Shown here: piece by piece, positions 15,093 to 16,400 of the stretch
Numbering within the stretch: position 1 is the first letter of the stretch
How the letters are laid out: every line of letters starts with the position of its first letter
DNA from: an uncultured archaeon
GTDB taxonomy: Archaea; Asgardarchaeota; Thorarchaeia; Thorarchaeales; Thorarchaeaceae
DNA: 16,400 nt
Direction of reading: 5' to 3'
NCBI GenBank assembly: GCA_964590575.1
Contig: CAZPWM010000048.1
Span: 1-16,400 of the forward strand
The notes under the pieces: generated by a model
Databases searched by the model: none
Told to the model about the DNA's origin: nothing
Seen by the model: the letters and a program-made list of their open reading frames with translations, nothing else
Position numbers and translations under genes: made by a program

Positions 15093-16400
15093 ATGAATGC
15101 CAAAGGAGATTGGACTCAGAAGTATAAGGACAAGATAGTCACAGCTGCACAGGCTATCTCGAAGATCAGAAGAGGCACTCGTATCTTTCTTGGTACAGGA
15201 TGTGGTGTTCCCTATCATCTTGTACAGGAATTAGGAAAGAACGCTGACAAGATGGCAGATAACGAAATTGTTCATCTTTTAACGATAGGTAACACGCCAT
15301 CAGCAGACGAAAAGTTCCAATCCCAGTTCAGGCATAACACATTCTTTGTTTCAGATAATATACGAAATGCAGTTTCAGAAGGACGTGCAGACTACACACC
15401 AGCACCCCTATCAGATATCCCATTCTTCTTTCGGACTAAGAGAATCCCATTGGATGTAGCTTTGATTCAAGTGAGTCCCCCCGATGAATTTGGTTACTGC
15501 TCGCTTGGGATTTCTGTGGATATCACAAAGACCGGAGCTGAAAATGCAGACATGGTGATAGCACAGGTCAATGAACGAATGCCTGTAACTCATGGGGATT
15601 CCTTTATTCATGTGAAAGATCTAGATTACTTGGTTCAGTTTACTGAGCCTTTGAGAGAGTTCGAATCACCGGAAGTCAGCGAGAGAAAAAAACGCATTGG
15701 GGAATATGCAGCAAGACTTGTGGAAAACGAGTCAACGATTGAATTAGGAATAGGCACAATTGCCAAGGCAGTCACAACGAACCTCATCAACTCTGGGATT
15801 AAGGACTTGGGGATTCATACTGAAACATTCGGTGACTGTATAATTGACTTAATTGAGAGTGGGATTGTCACCAATATGAAGAAGAGCATCAATAGAGGCA
15901 AGGTTGTTGCTAGTTTTGCAATGGGAACAAGGAAGCTCTATGATTACGTGAACAACAACCCATTATTCGAATTTAGAGAAACCTCCTATGTGAATGACCC
16001 TTTTGTCATCAGTCAGAATAGGAAGATGGTGGCAATCAATTCAGCTCTTGAAGTTGATCTAACAGGACAGGTATGCTCCGACTCAATTGGTCACGCATTC
16101 TACAGTGGCATTGGTGGCCAAGTAGATTTCATCCGAGGCGCATCTAGATCTGAAGGCGGCAAATCAATCATTTGCCTTAAATCTACAGCACTTAATAGCA
16201 CGGTTTCAAAGATTGTACCTCGATTGAGCGAGGGAGCAGGAGTTGTCACGACACGAGGAGATGTTGATTTCATCATCACAGAATATGGATTAGCGATGCT
16301 TCGAGGAAGAACAATTCGTGAACGAGTGCTATCTCTTATCGCAATTGCACATCCAGCTTACAGAGATGGCCTCTTAGAAGCAGCTAAAGAAATGCACTAC
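15093..16400 (+). CDS. Acetyl-CoA hydrolase/transferase family protein (family I CoA-transferase, 4-hydroxybutyrate CoA-transferase-like), truncated at the right edge
   Basis: Not in the ORF track; translated by hand, open to 16400: MNAKGDWTQKYKDKIVTAAQAISKIRRGTRIFLGTGCG...DVALIQVSPPDEFGYCSLGISVD...LGIHTETFGD...INSALEVDLTGQVCSDS...SGIGGQVDFIRGA...ITEYG...IAHPAYR. ATG 15087 is an alternative start. Confidence 0.93.
   Translation, partial: MNAKGDWTQKYKDKIVTAAQAISKIRRGTRIFLGTGCGVPYHLVQELGKNADKMADNEIVHLLTIGNTPSADEKFQSQFRHNTFFVSDNIRNAVSEGRADYTPAPLSDIPFFFRTKRIPLDVALIQVSPPDEFGYCSLGISVDITKTGAENADMVIAQVNERMPVTHGDSFIHVKDLDYLVQFTEPLREFESPEVSERKKRIGEYAARLVENESTIELGIGTIAKAVTTNLINSGIKDLGIHTETFGDCIIDLIESGIVTNMKKSINRGKVVASFAMGTRKLYDYVNNNPLFEFRETSYVNDPFVISQNRKMVAINSALEVDLTGQVCSDSIGHAFYSGIGGQVDFIRGASRSEGGKSIICLKSTALNSTVSKIVPRLSEGAGVVTTRGDVDFIITEYGLAMLRGRTIRERVLSLIAIAHPAYRDGLLEAAKEMHY

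Noticed and set aside
7394-15611. Many short alternative-frame or antisense ORFs within the cdh, cooC and CoA-transferase genes
   Set aside because: All lie over well-supported genes and lack recognisable features.
1-16400. CRISPR arrays, tRNA/rRNA genes and mobile elements
   Set aside because: The window is almost entirely coding, with gaps under 180 bp. I saw no repeat-spacer pattern, cloverleaf or transposase/integrase motif.

Overview
This is a gene-dense archaeal carbon and energy metabolism locus (AGGTGA/GGAGG ribosome-binding motifs, TATA-like boxes, five-subunit ACDS). The right part is a complete, translationally coupled CO dehydrogenase/acetyl-CoA synthase operon (cdhABCDE). It is bracketed by two different CooC/AcsF nickel-insertion ATPases and followed by a 3'-truncated family I acetyl-CoA hydrolase/CoA-transferase. 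The left part is an electron-transfer module. A leftward hdrA-mvhD fusion and an eight-cluster FwdF-like polyferredoxin diverge from a rightward FeS-domain/FwdG-like ferredoxin, an FwdB-like gene and cooC. An FwdD-like gene and a partial DUF166-like gene lie at the left edge. The most notable observation is that the FwdB-like and FwdD-like proteins both appear to have lost their W/Mo-pterin catalytic or binding motifs, while the Fe-S wiring is retained and no fwdA/fwdC or hdrB/hdrC is in the window. This suggests a repurposed, pterin-less Hdr-Fwd-like electron conduit linked to ACDS (inference). The host is probably an anaerobic Wood-Ljungdahl archaeon; an Asgard or Bathyarchaeia origin is a guess. 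All family assignments come from motif recognition by eye, not database searches.
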